This document shows positions 49,156 through 62,283 of a stretch of DNA of 64,000 nt, piece by piece. The position numbers and the translations under genes were made by a program. Position 1 is the stretch's first letter, and every line of letters starts with the position of its first letter. Origin of the DNA: Octopus vulgaris. Lineage: Eukaryota. Location: assembly GCA_951406725.2 (NCBI GenBank), contig OX597818.1, positions 21,700,001 through 21,764,000 of the forward strand, written 5' to 3'. Under the pieces are notes generated by a model. It made no database searches, had not been told where the DNA came from, and worked only from the letters and a program-made list of their open reading frames with translations.

Positions 49156-51189
49156 GCCACACATTAATTATTCCCTTCTAGATGAAAATAACAAAATAAA
49201 CTTCATAACATTAATGTTTACCTTTCATACTAGCTGGAATTATATTGTTATATTATTGTTATATATATAGTTGTGAGTAAGAGTAGAAAGGAATGTATGA
49301 GTGTGCATCATGCCAGATTTCATTAGAACTGCTGGATCAATAGAGGCACTGTTGATCTGGCACTCAGAATGCATGTTAAAAGTCAGGAAAAATAATTTTG
49401 AGATATGATATATAAGTGTGTGTGTGTGTATTGTTGTGCATAATATACATATAAAAATATGTGAAAACTACACATATACTATGAAGTTTGATTCTCTATT
49501 GTAATAGTTAAGCATCATTGTGTTACATTTAGTTCCACTGTGTATATTTTGGTCATATATCAGAATGACTTAATTATACAATTACTTTACTGAAAATTAT
49601 GCTATATATTATTAAAAACAAAAAAGATAAACAAGAGTAAGTTTGTGAGATTAGCACTGCTATAATGATAAGAATGCATTAATTGGTAATTAATATATCA
49701 TTTTATTTTGTATAAACCAATTATTTTATGGTTATTTTTCATCATCATTGCCTCTACTACTATTACTACTACCACCACCACCACCACCCTCATTAACACT
49801 GCAACCGTCATCATAATCACTGGTTTTGACATCATCACTATTATCACCATTATTACCCTTGCTCTAATAATCATCTCCTTTGTCACTGCCACCACCATCA
49901 CCATAATTATTTTGTGTTTGTTGCCCTGTTATTCTCTTATTGATTTGGTTCTAGAAAAAAGAGGTTTCTGTAAATTAGGTTTATATTCAACTCTCCTCCC
50001 CTTTCACATGCACACGTGTGTGCACACATGTGGCCATGGAACTGTAAGAAGAACAGGAGTGGATGGGCATTAATTGCAGAGCAAACACATCCCAATATAT
50101 TTGGTCTGTCTGAAAGATATGAGTGGGAGATGATATAGATGGGTTGTCATTGACCAGCAACTTTTACTCATTTCCGGATTGTTCGTTTTATGACTTAAAC
50201 CTGTTTGGGTTTTGACTGAATCAAAATATATACACACTAGCTAGATGGGAGACTTATTTCTGCATATTTGTCTTGCTTCTCTTTATCTCTCCCTCTCTCT
50301 CTCTCTATCCATCTTTCTATTTCCTTAGTGTGAATAGAGAAGAGTGAATGACAAAAATATTTGATAAGTGAAGGATGCCAAATATAGATTAGAAATACTT
50401 GTTATTATTATGATTAGAACAGTAAAAGTATTTAAAACACTTGTAATTAATAGCAATAAGATAAAATACAATAGAATTACAAAAACTTCTGTGAAGCATG
50501 TTATAATAATAACAATAAGTATAATGGTTTCTGACTTTGGCACAAAGCCACAAATTGTTTTGGGAAGGGTACAGTTGATTTAATTGATACTAGAACTTGA
50601 CTGGTATTTTTTTTTTACCAGCTTTGGAAGGATAAAAGGCAGATTAGGCCCTGGCAGAATTTGAACTCAGAATAAAGTGTCACTCTATTCAGTGGCTGTG
50701 TTTTCACTGCTTGATGAAGCCTCAGCATGCTGTTGCTGGCTTATCTAAGCTGGTTATAAGTTTACTTGTCCAAACTGGCTAATTGTAGGTTGGGTGATTA
50801 GTACTGGTCATTAACATTTAAGTTGAATTTATACTTAGAATGCAAAGAGATAGAACAGATACCATAATACATCTCATCAGTCACCCTAACAATCCCAGTA
50901 CTCTACCATCCTGGATTGGTACTTCATTTATCACTGCCATAATAAAAAATAAATATATAAATAAAAAGCAAATTTGACTGCTGTGGGATTTGAACTCGGA
51001 ATGTAGAGAGCCAGAATGAATACTGTGAAACATTTTGCCTGATAATTTGAGGACTCTGTCAATTCATCACCTGCTAAATACACTGTATGGCATTTTGTCC
51101 AGTGCGCTACTGACTCTACTATCCTTCCCTTTTTAGAATTAGTTAGGGGAGGGGGAGGAGCAGCAACTGCAGTGTTCAAGACCTGTTGC

Positions 51190-51340
51190 AGTCCTACCTT
51201 GAAAAGTGAGATTGATACTGTTGATATTCAGTTTGAATGTCTGCAGTTTGGCTTCTTTAGGGAAAATGTGATTGGAGAAGAAATTTCAGGAGAGCTGCAG
51301 AGCTCTGGAGTGGAATCATTCAGAAAGTGAATAAATGATG
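51190..51340 (-). mobile_element. CR1-like LINE 3' remnant
   Basis: Reverse strand reads like the ..HIFP..KLQTFK.NINSINL end of a CR1-type ORF2; degenerate. Confidence 0.4.
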
Positions 51341-53047
51341 ATAATAATTTCTAATACAGATATAAAAACCATACATTTTGAGAGAGGGTAGAGTCCATTA
51401 AATCAACTTCAAATCTTGACATATATTTATGACTCTCAAAGGATAAAATTCAAAATTGACTTCAGAGGAATTTGAACCCTGATCAGAAAAAGATGTTACT
51501 AAATACCATATTAAATAAAAATGATAAACAGAGCATGAAATTAGTATATTATTAACAAATAGCAATGAAATGGTGCATTAACTTTCTGAAAGTATCAGTG
51601 CATACACTGGGCTTTGATAATCTTCTCAGTAGGTCTAGCATAGAACAACATGAAATGGGAACCTTTAATTGACAAAGAACATTAAACATAGTACAATAAA
51701 ATATGTTGAGTTTAAAGTTTGTAATTTCCATTGCCTAATTGTTCTACAAAACAGTGCAATAGTAAATACAAGTGCTACATGTTAAGTGTAGTAGTTTGGC
51801 TAATGGGTATGAGTGCAGACCCTGGGTCAGTCAAGCAATATTGCTTTGGTTCAAGAAGAGCAAGAAAGTGACATCACAAGTAAGAGCAGGAGAACATCTC
51901 TGGTATGGACAACAGAATGAAAACAATCTCCCTCTATGGATATAGTAAAAGGTTGCATGCTATACCGTGAGTGTTACTGAATATGGCAGGTTACAACTGA
52001 AACATTGTGACAATAACAACTAATATTTGGACAGTTTTCACACACACACACAGAGTTGATTAAACATCTTGAGTTTAACACTGTCAGAAAAACATGAGTG
52101 GAAGGGGTTTTCAGAAGCTCTGCATTCTGTGAAAGAAAGACTGGGCATAGTGATTAACATAGAGCTATTAGGGTGGTATTCACTATATGGGTGTGAGAAA
52201 TGTAGGGACGAGTGTGTGGATAGGGCTTAGGTAGAGGTGGTATTACAACTAGCTTGCTCTGAGAAGCAGAAACCATTGTGTTAGTGTTTGAAGAGCCAGA
52301 GTAAAGAGAAGCAGGTTGTGTGAGCTGCTCCATTCTAGCTCCTTCACTGGTTTATCTTTCTGTTTCCAGTGATGACAGTGATTGACTGTGTGTGTGTCTT
52401 TCTCTTCTGTTGCTACTTTTCTAAAATGATTTACGCAATATTCTGAGTCAAACTAAATCTACCCCGATAACACTATTTCTGATTAAACATTAAAGTAATG
52501 TTTAGCAGTCTACATGGAGATGTTAAATTTATCTATTTGCATTTCAACAATTTTGGCACTATGGGAATCAGTAAAAAGAAATATTTTTATGTTTGCGTAT
52601 GTTAATGAATTCCATATTATTCAGTTTATTTCTGGAAATTTGGCAGACAAAGTCTCTGACAAATTAATAACTGCCAGATGGAATTAAAAGAGAAGTAAAC
52701 AAGAACAAAATTTAAGTATCATTAAAGCTATTACAAATCTATTGAAGTTAAAAAGGCTGAAAATTTATTGGTATGTTGGAGGAAGAAGAAATTTGGGATG
52801 CCAGTCGGGAAGAGTAAAAGGCAAAAATATATATATCTCTCTGAAATTATGCAAAAATCAGAAAATTTCTTAATTCTCATTATTCCTATATAATTTCCCA
52901 AAATTCATTTTCAACAAATTCCTTTTCTGGTCAGAATTCTCTAGAAGATTCAAAGACCAAAAAAAGGAATTATTCATGCATTATTTTTGTGAATTTTTCT
53001 CTAGAAAATAAACCTGTCCTTATTAGTTAGTCAATATAGGCAAGTGA

Positions 53048-53282
53048 TAGGCATGGCGTGTGATAAGAAGCTTGCTTCTCAACCACATGGTTCCAGGTTC
53101 AGTCTCTCTCTGTGACATCTTGGGCAAGTGTCTTCTACTATTTTAGCCTCAGCCCGACCAAGCCTTGTGAGTGGATTTGGTTGTGGGAATCTAAAAGAGG
53201 CCCATTGTATGTGTGTGTATATACACACACATATATATATATATTTATTGGCTAAACTGGCAAAATGACCATTCCGAAATAT

Positions 53283-53330
<48 letters not shown>

Positions 53331-53530
53331 GTATCTATGTGTATGTTTCTGTGTTTATCCCCCTATCACTGCTTGGCAACCAGTGTTGGTGTGTTTATGT
53401 CCCTGTAACTTAGCAGTTTGGCAAAAGAGAATGATAGATTAAGTACTAGGCTTTAAAAAAAAGTCCTGGGGTCGATTTGCTCAACTAAAATCCTTCAAAG
53501 CAGTGCTCCAACATGGCCACAGCCAAGTAA
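53048..53530 (+). mobile_element. tRNA-derived SINE, family B, with internal microsatellite
   Basis: gcatggcgtgtgataagaag..ggttccaggttcagtc..cttgggcaagtgtcttctacta..gccttgtgagtggatttgg; related heads at 1-100(-), 6360-6510(+), 11575-11665(+), 38680-38830(+). Confidence 0.8.
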
Positions 53531-53542
53531 AAGAATATTTTT

Positions 53543-53706
53543 TTCTGCTCTAGGCACAAGCCCCAAAATTTTCTAGGAGTAGGCCAGTTGATTATATTGA
53601 TCCCAGTATGCAACTGGTGCTTATTTTATCGACCCCGAAAGGATGAAAGGCAAAGTCGACCTTGGCGGAATTTGAACTCAGAACATAAAGACAGACTAAA
53701 TACTGA
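53543..53706 (-). mobile_element. Family A SINE (truncated)
   Basis: atcgaccccgaaaggatgaaaggcaaagtcgaccttggcggaatttgaactcagaac; other antisense copies at ~20662, 25340, 50526, 50895, 51350, 56585. Confidence 0.85.
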
Positions 53707-53817
53707 AAATTTTTAACTATTTCAAACTTCATATAGAAACTGAAGACTTTTCTCTTTGCTAAGATCAATGGATTATGATAGGACCATTTATATGAAACTT
53801 ATTGGTAAAAGTTATCA

Positions 53818-54270
53818 TTAACCCCTTAGCATTTAAACTGGCCATATCCAGCCCAAATATTCTGTCTGTTTGTTCAAGCTGACTGGTTCTGGCCTCTCAC
53901 TCCTGTCATTCTAAACTAAACTATCACATCATTGAAATCTCAAAGCTGTGTTATAATGCATGATTAATTAAAAATATATTTCTTTACTACCCACAAGGGT
54001 CTAAACACAGAGGGGACAAACAAAGACAGACAAACAGATTAAGTCGATTACATCGACCCCAGTGAACTGGTACTTAATTTATTGACCCCGAAAAGATGAA
54101 AGGCAAAGTTGACCTTGGTGGAATTTGAACTCAGAACGTAACGGCAGACGAAATAAGGCTATGCATTTCTCCCGGCATGCTAACGTTTCTGCCAGCTTGC
54201 CACCTATTAAAAATAATGTGAATGAATAAGCATTACATTTGGTAGAGTAATCTGAATGCTAAAGAGTTGA
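53818..54270 (+). mobile_element. TTAA-flanked MITE (piggyBac-like ends), split by a SINE
   Basis: ttaaccccttagcatt...aatgctaaagagttga inverted ends; a 3' half also at 20870-20932. Confidence 0.75.
53977..54205 (-). mobile_element. Young family A SINE nested in a MITE
   Basis: TSD ATTAAAAATA at 53967-53976 and 54206-54215; CpGs retained. Confidence 0.88.
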
Positions 54271-55500
54271 ATGCTTCGAATCTCTTTTTACTATCTCCAT
54301 GTAAAAAGTGCTCTGTTTCAATGTTCCTGATTGGGAAAAACTCCCATTTGAATGCTTAATGGTAGACAAGCCATCCATATGTCCATAAATAATTGTACCA
54401 ATGTATGCATAAAATAATTGTATCAATGTATGCAAACATGTAAATTATGCATATGCACAAAAGAAAACTACTCCATATGTATAAACATTGTAAAAAAGCA
54501 TGTCAAAATTACTGTCATCTCGATTATGATTACTTGAAAACAAACAAATGTTGTTTGCATGTTTTTATTTCTGTAGATGACCAGTTTTCAATATTCATAT
54601 TTCCAAAGGTCCCAAGCTAAAAACCCTATCACTAGTATTTCTTTCTAACTCTACTGGGTAGTATAAGCAGTTCACAATTAGACATCAGTAAGTGGTTGGT
54701 GAGCTACTATAAAAAGACCTTCCCTTCCCCCTCATATTCAAGCATCTGAATCTATTCATTTATTTATTCATTCATTCATTCATTTATTCATATTCATTCA
54801 TTTTTTTGTGAGTTGACCTAAGCTAAACAGCAGTAAGTTCTCAAGTTTCACTCTGTATATGTAGTTATCTCTCTCAGCAGTTTAATTCATCTGATTAATG
54901 ATTTTTTTTTTTTTTTTAAACTTACTAACAATTTCTATTTGATCAACAAGATCATCTTGATTTTTAAAAACTCACTCAACTACAAAAAATTATTTATATA
55001 AAATGGAAACATTAAAACAAAAATCTTCTTATAATCCAGTGCTTAAAATTTGAATATACATAATTAAAATAAGATTGACTTTTAAATAAAGAAGATTTGA
55101 AGAAAATTTTGTCACACACCTTCAATTCTTACAGACAGTTACAATCAGTAATTCTTAAACTTACTGTTGGTTCTTTTATAAAAAATTTTTTTCCAAATTT
55201 ATAACTTGTAACATTTATTATGGGTATTCAAATAAAAATATGTGGTTAGAAAGCAAAATTTTTGTTGAATGGTCAAGCTTCAATCAGTCATTACTTTGTG
55301 TTTATTGTTCCTGGTTACTTATGTGTGTGTGTGTATATATAATGATTTTAACATTTCCTTGGGCGTTCCAAAAAAGTTTGTAGATAATAATTTTAATATT
55401 TTAATTGCCTATCATTTCAGCTCTGTTATATTGTAAATTTAATCTGAAAAAAAAAATTATCTTACTGATATAAATTACTCATTATTGTATATTTAAATAG

Positions 55501-55569
55501 CTTATCACCGTGCTGTACACAGTGATTCAGAATCCACTCCTGTTCAATCTTCATATTTTGTAACAAAAG
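55501..55569 (+). CDS. Host gene exon E (AYHRAVHSDSESTPVQSSYFVTK)
   Basis: aaatag acceptor, AAG|gtgagt consensus donor, 69 bp, phase 1-1, open; too short for the ORF track. Confidence 0.75.
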
Positions 55570-55789
55570 GTGAGTTATATATTAATCATGTTTTTACTTT
55601 ACATATTAAACAAAAATTGTTTTACTTTACTATTTCTATTTTGATATTGCAGAATTATATACATAAACATTTTAAAGATGTTAGAAATATTATGGAAATA
55701 TAACATTTTATGTACATGTTTTTCATAGCAGCAAAGATTCATTTCCTACATCAGATATATGTCCTCATCTTGTTTGTTGTTAACACGCT

Positions 55790-56270
55790 TTGGCTGATAT
55801 ACCCTCCAGGAGCCTAGTTCCCTCTTTGTTTCAGGAACCAATTTCATGGCCTCCATGTACACCATGGAAGATACCAGGTTGCTGTCCAATATGCCCATTA
55901 AAATCTCCAGCCACAAAGATAAGATCATTGTAACTCATCTTTGAGGTAGCCTGCAGAAGAATATCATAAAAGTGATCCTTCTGTTCATTTTGTAGGCCCT
56001 TTTGTGGGGTATAGGCAGAGATAATTGTAGCTATACTATTCTGCAGGACTAACTTAAGTTTAAGCACTCTATCACACACCGACTACCTCTATGACCTTAT
56101 CTACCCATTTCTCTGCGAGAAGTATGCCCACACCCTCTACCCTGTCACTGTTACCTTCCCAGAAGAGTTTATACCTATGTACTTTGCCTGTGGGGACCCT
56201 GGCTGAAGCTCCTCTCCACCTTACCACTTATATGCAGCATATATCAATATGCCTCCATTCAAGCATCTCT
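55790..56270 (-). mobile_element. RTE LINE AP-endonuclease fragment
   Basis: RWRGASAR, GVGILLAEKW, IISAYTPQKG, VAGDFNGHIG motifs of the APE domain. Confidence 0.9.
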
Positions 56271-56294
56271 ACATCATCATCATATGTATATGTA

Positions 56295-56354
<60 letters not shown>

Positions 56355-56477
56355 TATGTGTGCGTGTGTGTGTAGCCAAGAAACACGGAAAGGATTATTT
56401 TAGAGGAAGAGATTACAATTTGGAAGTTATTTGATGAATTAATAGAAATGTTTAAAGTTTATGAAAGTACAACCATG

Positions 56478-56562
56478 AAGAAGAGAGAATTATTTTAGTG
56501 AACAGTATGAAGAAGAAAGAATTATTTTAGAGAACAGTACAAACAGGAAAGAATTATTTTAA
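56478..56562. repeat. 32 bp tandem repeat (~2.6 units)
   Basis: gaagaaga(g/a)agaattattttag(t/a)gaacagta repeated. Confidence 0.85.
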
Positions 56563-57790
56563 AATTATTTTTGAAACTAAAGATTGGTTTCAAATTTTGG
56601 CACAAGACCTGTGTTCAACTGGTATTTATTTTTTTCAACCCCAAAAGGATGAAAGGCAGAGTCAACCTCTGCAGAATTTGAACTCAGAAAGTACAAACAA
56701 ATGAAACGCTACTAAGTATTTTGAGGGGATGAAATGAATATTGTAATGCAATTTAATCATATTCATTATAGCCTCAATATCTCCTGTCACCTTTTGGTGT
56801 ATTTGGTATGTCTCAGTCTTAAAGTGAGAGAGATTCTATCAAGCCAACAAGCAAGCATCTGTGTGGTTGATTAACCTATTGGAAATATTAGCCAAATCAC
56901 CTTCAGAATCATACCCTACTCTCTTGAAAAAGAAGTGCACATTGGCTAATATATTTCAAGATACGCTGTATATTAGAAAGACGAGATGGTCATGACTGGA
57001 ATACCTTTGGTCAAAGGTGTAGTGGATCAGAGTTGATTTGGTATAACACTTCCTTTGAAACCTATTAAAATATATAACATATATTTGGGGCAATTAAGCT
57101 TGGTAGAATCCATCTCTCTTCAAGACAGATTTAAACACAGAACTGGAAGCTAATAAATCATTTGTCATTTTACAATGCTGTTGCTACTTATTGAAGTTTT
57201 CCAATCTTTGGGATCGAAACTATTGAAACCAAATTGCTAGTAAATCACTTGAATGGACAGAATATTTAGCATAATTTTGACTTCTTACATCAGTCAACAT
57301 CTGGCATTTTTCAGCTATCAATTACAAGATGAAAACTGATATGGATCCTTGAAATATTCAAATATTAGTCATGAAGAATTAAACAGTCACTTTAACTTTG
57401 AACCAACACCAATCTTGTAGTAATGTTTGTTGGTCCTGCTGAGAGTTTTTCATCAGGACAAACCAGCCTCTAAACAAATTTCTGACAGTCAGTCTTTATC
57501 TTTCTGCTGTGCTTGTTGTCATAGAAATTAGTTTTCAAGCTATATTGTTTCAACGCCCACAACTAAAGAGGATTTTAATGTATTTTATTTGTATATTTAT
57601 TTCAAGGGAGATTTGGTTACTACATTAACAGATTTTATGACTACCATAGTACCCACCTTTCCTCTCTCTTTTTCCCATTTTGCTTTTACTGTTAAATATC
57701 ATTCCAAGAGCAGTGTGTGAACCAACAAACCATGAAATCATATGGGCACTAGTTTTCTTGCTACCACTACAAAAGAATATAAAATCTCTG

Positions 57791-58019
57791 CTCAACCCTT
57801 TTGATACCACCCTGCTTGAAAGCACCCTTGTTCTATCTTAAAGATTTTTTTTTGTTTTTGGGGGAGTTAAAGGAAAACCATCTATCAAAATTTCATGTTA
57901 ATTGTGTTTTAAACACCAGCTTAATGACAAAGTTACTTTACTAAATTCTTTATTATTTCCAAATTGATTTGAAATGAAGGCAATGTATTTCAACAGAAAT
58001 ATGGTAACAAAAGGGTTAA
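57791..58019 (-). mobile_element. TTAA-ended MITE, family 2 (opposite orientation)
   Basis: ctcaacccttttgatacc...atggtaacaaaagggttaa; interior is the reverse complement of 45575-45805. Confidence 0.75.
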
Positions 58020-58339
58020 AGATACAACATAAAGAGATAACATCATTGTTATCATCATTGTCATTAGCAGTATTTACTTCCATGCTGACTTAGGTTGGAC
58101 ATATGTATCTCAATCTTTTGACATCTAATGCACACAAAGAGAAAATGCCAATCTCTCTTGTGCATAACTTGAATATCTTTTTCCCTTATTTTTCATATTA
58201 TGATACTCACACACATATACACTGTCAGTCTTTTTTAGTATTTATTTATATTAGTAAGAATACATAATCGTCATTATCCCCAACATATTCAGGATCAAAT
58301 TAAGCCATCCAGTTATGACCAGCATGGTAATGAACTAAG

Positions 58340-58520
58340 GATGCCTTTACATAGTCATTCAACCTGATAGAAATAGCAGCCATTTCTTCCTCAAACCACA
58401 CCCAACTAGCTTCATAAAGAAAGAAACATTGGGTAATGTAGTCCTGAATATCCAAAGAAAGATTAGATAGTTATGGTTGAAATATTTTTGATCATATGCC
58501 TGCTTGATCAGGTCTGAGTG
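58340..58520 (+). repeat. Interspersed repeat family D (probable LINE 3' tail)
   Basis: ttcaacctg.tagaaatagcagcc..cattgg.taatgtagtcct..ggttg(g)aat..tttgatcata; also 5290-5440/6014-6050, 21320-21480, 56860-57045 (+) and 16100-16260, 23150-23330, 25860-25990 (-). Confidence 0.65.
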
Positions 58521-59039
58521 TAGTGAACTCTGTTGCATACATGGACTATTACTTTTGATGTCCAGCCACTCTCACAACTCACTTGTGGTTTCCTCTACAC
58601 ACAAATTAATGTTACATATGAAAGAGATTATAACCAACATATATCTTACCAGTTTCAAAATAAGAGTCTTTAAACTTTTTACATTCTGTATTACAATCAC
58701 TTCTAACTCTTTATAGGTCATGTGTGTACAAGTGTTTATGTAATCTCTCATATATTTTATTGAAGTGTAGGTGATATGATAAAATGTTCTCAGTTCATGC
58801 AGTAATATGCTTAGGAAGGGCACCTGACTGTAAAATATATCAAAAGTACAGATCAAATCAGTGAAAACCCTTAATGATGTGTATAGGGCTAACAGCATGT
58901 TAGTGCCATGCATTGTGTTGGGGTGGTTAAGTAGGAGCATTTGGTTTTGTGTGAAAACCCCTCAATCTTCATCAAATGACTGCACCAATAGTTTTCCTTT
59001 TAAATGTGGGAAACAGACATGAAATAACCTAAACACAAT

Positions 59040-59535
59040 TAGAAACTTTTCTCTCTTTCAGGGCAGATCCTATTAACAAGCAAGAGGGATGCGAGATCTA
59101 AAAAGATCATAGAGATACCAGAACATGAGTAGTTGTGTGTAAGATGACAAATGTAAATTCTCCTGGGTTAGTAACAGCACTGAAGTTGGTGAAATGGGTA
59201 TATTATTGGCAGAAAAATGAATAAAGTAATTGATAAGCAAAACTGAGTGAGAGGAAAACTGTGTAAGTGTAATCATCAGATGTAGTGCAAGAGAGAAAAC
59301 TGAGTTGGTATGAACATTTAATAGATATGGAGGATGACAGTTGGGTAAAAAGTGCTAAATAATACAAATGGATGGAACCTGCATTAGAGGAAAACCAAAG
59401 AAGTAGGGAAATTTTGATGTCAGGCTGAACTTGATAAAAGAGATGACAAAGACCTGTGACAAGTGGTGAAACACCACTGAAAGAGAGACCTACCCAATCA
59501 ATACAAGCATGGAAAAATGGATGTAAGACAATAGT
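59040..59535 (+). mobile_element. Degenerate RTE LINE 3' fragment
   Basis: Nucleotide similarity to 21960-22440 (catcagatgtagtgcaagagagaaaactg..tggtatgaacat) and an RTE-type tail ending gcatggaaaaatggatgtaag. Confidence 0.65.
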
Positions 59536-59657
59536 GTTAACAGACATTAAATGTACTACTGGTATATTGCTATATTGCTTTTTTTTTCCACATGAACCAC
59601 AACACAGTTACAGTACACATATACTTACATATGATGCTTATTTTTCTTTACTCTTAG

Positions 59658-59732
59658 ACAAACCTCCAGACAACAGTTATCAGGACAATATAGTGGGTTC
59701 AACATCAGCGAAAGCAAATATTTCAACTCCAG
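59658..59732 (+). CDS. Host gene exon F (DKPPDNSYQDNIVGSTSAKANISTP)
   Basis: tttactcttag acceptor, CAG|gtaagt consensus donor, 75 bp, phase 1-1. Confidence 0.8.
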
Positions 59733-60339
59733 GTAAGTTCTCTCTCTCTCTCACCTGTGATATTAATTTATGTCATGTATGGCAGTCATTGTATTTTATA
59801 ACAGAATAAATCATCACTTACTAGTTCATTTACATCTTACGTTGTATATCATTTTTTCAATTCCTTATTACCCATCTTTGTTATAATTTACAATGATTGC
59901 CACACATGAAATAAATTAATAATACAGGTTACAATACAGATGTGCGAGAGACTTCGTGATTAGGCTAGACTGTTGATCTTGTAGAAAAATTGATGTACTG
60001 TTTGGTAGTGTGTAGAGGCAGCCGTCGGTCTTATAGAGATCAGTAAGTTCCCAGAGCTGGTGATTAATTTCCCGCGTGAGGAAAATTGAACTGTTGCACC
60101 AACACAATTGGACAGCTGAAAATTTATCAATATGAATAACAAGTTTGGCTAATTACAAGGTCATGTGAACTACTGGAATGAAAAGGCCTGTGGAGCTGAT
60201 ATCCTGGTATTTAAGCCTGAACGACTCACAATGAAAACATCTCACACATAATGACAGTATAAATCACTTCTGCTATAGATATGTTAAAAACATATTTGTT
60301 TTATTATTTTGACCCTGATCTTTTTCTTGTGCTTTTGAG

Positions 60340-60533
60340 GTGTTTGGAAACCTGGAATGCAGTTCCAGTCTCAGACTTCTTTGAAGTTAGAAGAAACGAA
60401 GGATGAACCATTATTCAAAGATGTAGCTCCTGTGTGGAAACCTCAAGCAGTGGCTAGTAACACAGTTAAAAAAGAGTTCAGATCAATCAAACCCAAATTT
60501 GATCCTGTCCCTAAAGCAGCCACTAATGTCCAG
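60340..60533 (+). CDS. Host gene exon G (GVWKPGMQFQ...VAPVWKPQ...KKEFRSIKPKFDPVPKAATNVQ)
   Basis: Pyrimidine tract with GAG acceptor, CAG|gtaagt donor, phase 1-0, contains ORF 60357-60548. Confidence 0.8.
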
Positions 60534-61991
60534 GTAAGTGAGGTTTGATAATGTTACAGATAAACCATAGTTTTTATTGTAATTTTTCATCCCTACTAAT
60601 TTTGAACTTAGAACTCTCAAGATCTTCATATTTTTATCCAATTGTTTCTCACTAAAGGTATATCATCTGAAATGCTCACTCTCCACTTGAAACTTTTTCT
60701 TTCAACATGGGATTTCAAGAGTTCATACTCAGCATCAGCTGCAGTAATCTCACCCATCTCTTATTATACCATAGCCTTTTCAGCAAGGCTGTGTATACTG
60801 CTCGTTTTCATGGATTAGATTGTAGAAATATATCCTGCTTTGCATTGAAGGAAACCAGCAGATTTAGTTATTTCTCATTTATTTTATCATTGATGTTTAA
60901 AAGATTAGCCTGTCTTGTTGATATGGGTTAGATGAGTCTGATTCATCACTTGTTATAATTTCTTTTTATTATGACCATAAAGTCCAATTTGCACCTGGAG
61001 TTATTTTTCTATGAAAAATAGATAATGAACTGATTATTAGAAAAGTTCAAAGTCTCTTTGCAGATAGCAAATCTTTGAATAAACCAAATATACAATTAAT
61101 CACTCTTTTGAATCACAAAAAATAAACTACACAAAACCTTATTGTACTGGAGGAGTTTTGCTGATGAGACCAAATCAGATTGATAAGTGTTAAAAGGGTA
61201 AAGGTTTTCTCTTTCACAAGTTCCTTCTATTTGGTTTGCTTGATACTCCTTTACTCAACTGTTACTCTTCATATGCATCGTATTTTTGTACCAGTACAGT
61301 CTTTTATACTCGACAATTGATTGCTCTGATGCCCAATTTTTCTCATCTAAATAGACAATACAATAAATTAACTAATACAGGTGTATATATGTCTGAATGA
61401 ATGAGTGACTTTGCTTATACACACACCCACCAGCCTGTATATAAGACATTTGATGACAGCAGTTTTGGATGCAGGTAAGCTGGTACATAAGATGATGACA
61501 AAGAGGAAATTGAAAGAAGTTAATAGTCTAAAAAATTATCCTCTTAAGATCTTGAATATGTTTATGTCTGATATAGCACATAATAATACCAACCTTTGAC
61601 CTTAGTTAATTGTAATATATTTGTATTTTCAAAACAATTATCAATATTTACTTTTAAGTTGATATTTGAAATATTAATTTAATCAAATCTATCACAATGA
61701 ATTAGAATTAACGTCTGCTTAAAGGTTTTGGTATATTTTCTTGAAAAGTAGAAATAAGATTTTGGGTGGGGTGGGTGATTGAAAGATAGTTTCTTTCATC
61801 ATAACATAACTTAGTTTAAATTATGTTAAGTTTGTATTTGATCTGGGTCAGTCTCACCCAACTGTTTATAGAAAAGCTATCAGAAATAAAGTTTAGTAGG
61901 TTTTATTTATTAGACAAAGTACTACAGTAAAATAACAGTTGTTACATGGAAAAAATGCAGAATATTGATCTTATATTTTATTTAATTTTAG

Positions 61992-62283
61992 ACATTGAGC
62001 CCATCAGACACTTTTGCATGGAAACCTGAAGAAAAACCAGTTCCTAAAGAAACAATTCCTACAAGTGCCTTTACTTATAAACCACTTTCGACTGCTGAAA
62101 GCGATGTTACATTTGCTGCCAACGTACCTGCTTCTACTGATTTCTCATCTACAACTCCTAAAGATCTCTATTCTCCTCCCCCTGCAGGTCTCAAAACAAT
62201 GATTATTAACAAATCTGAAGAAAAACTTCACAAGCTCCCTCCAACACAGAGTCCTGATATTATTCTTTTACAGAAACGAAGAG
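61992..62283 (+). CDS. Host gene exon H (TLSPSDTFAWKPEEK...KLPPTQSPDIILLQKRR)
   Basis: aattttag acceptor in phase 0 matching exon G; AG|gtaatg donor in phase 1; contains ORF 61995-62399; gene continues past the window. Confidence 0.85.

Noticed and set aside
49698-50073. Thr/Ile-rich and Val/Met-rich ORFs
   Set aside because: Degenerate (CAT/CAC)n trinucleotide tract
51780-52350. Possible Penelope-like coding remnant
   Set aside because: Composition suggests a decayed retroelement but I could not read a convincing protein motif
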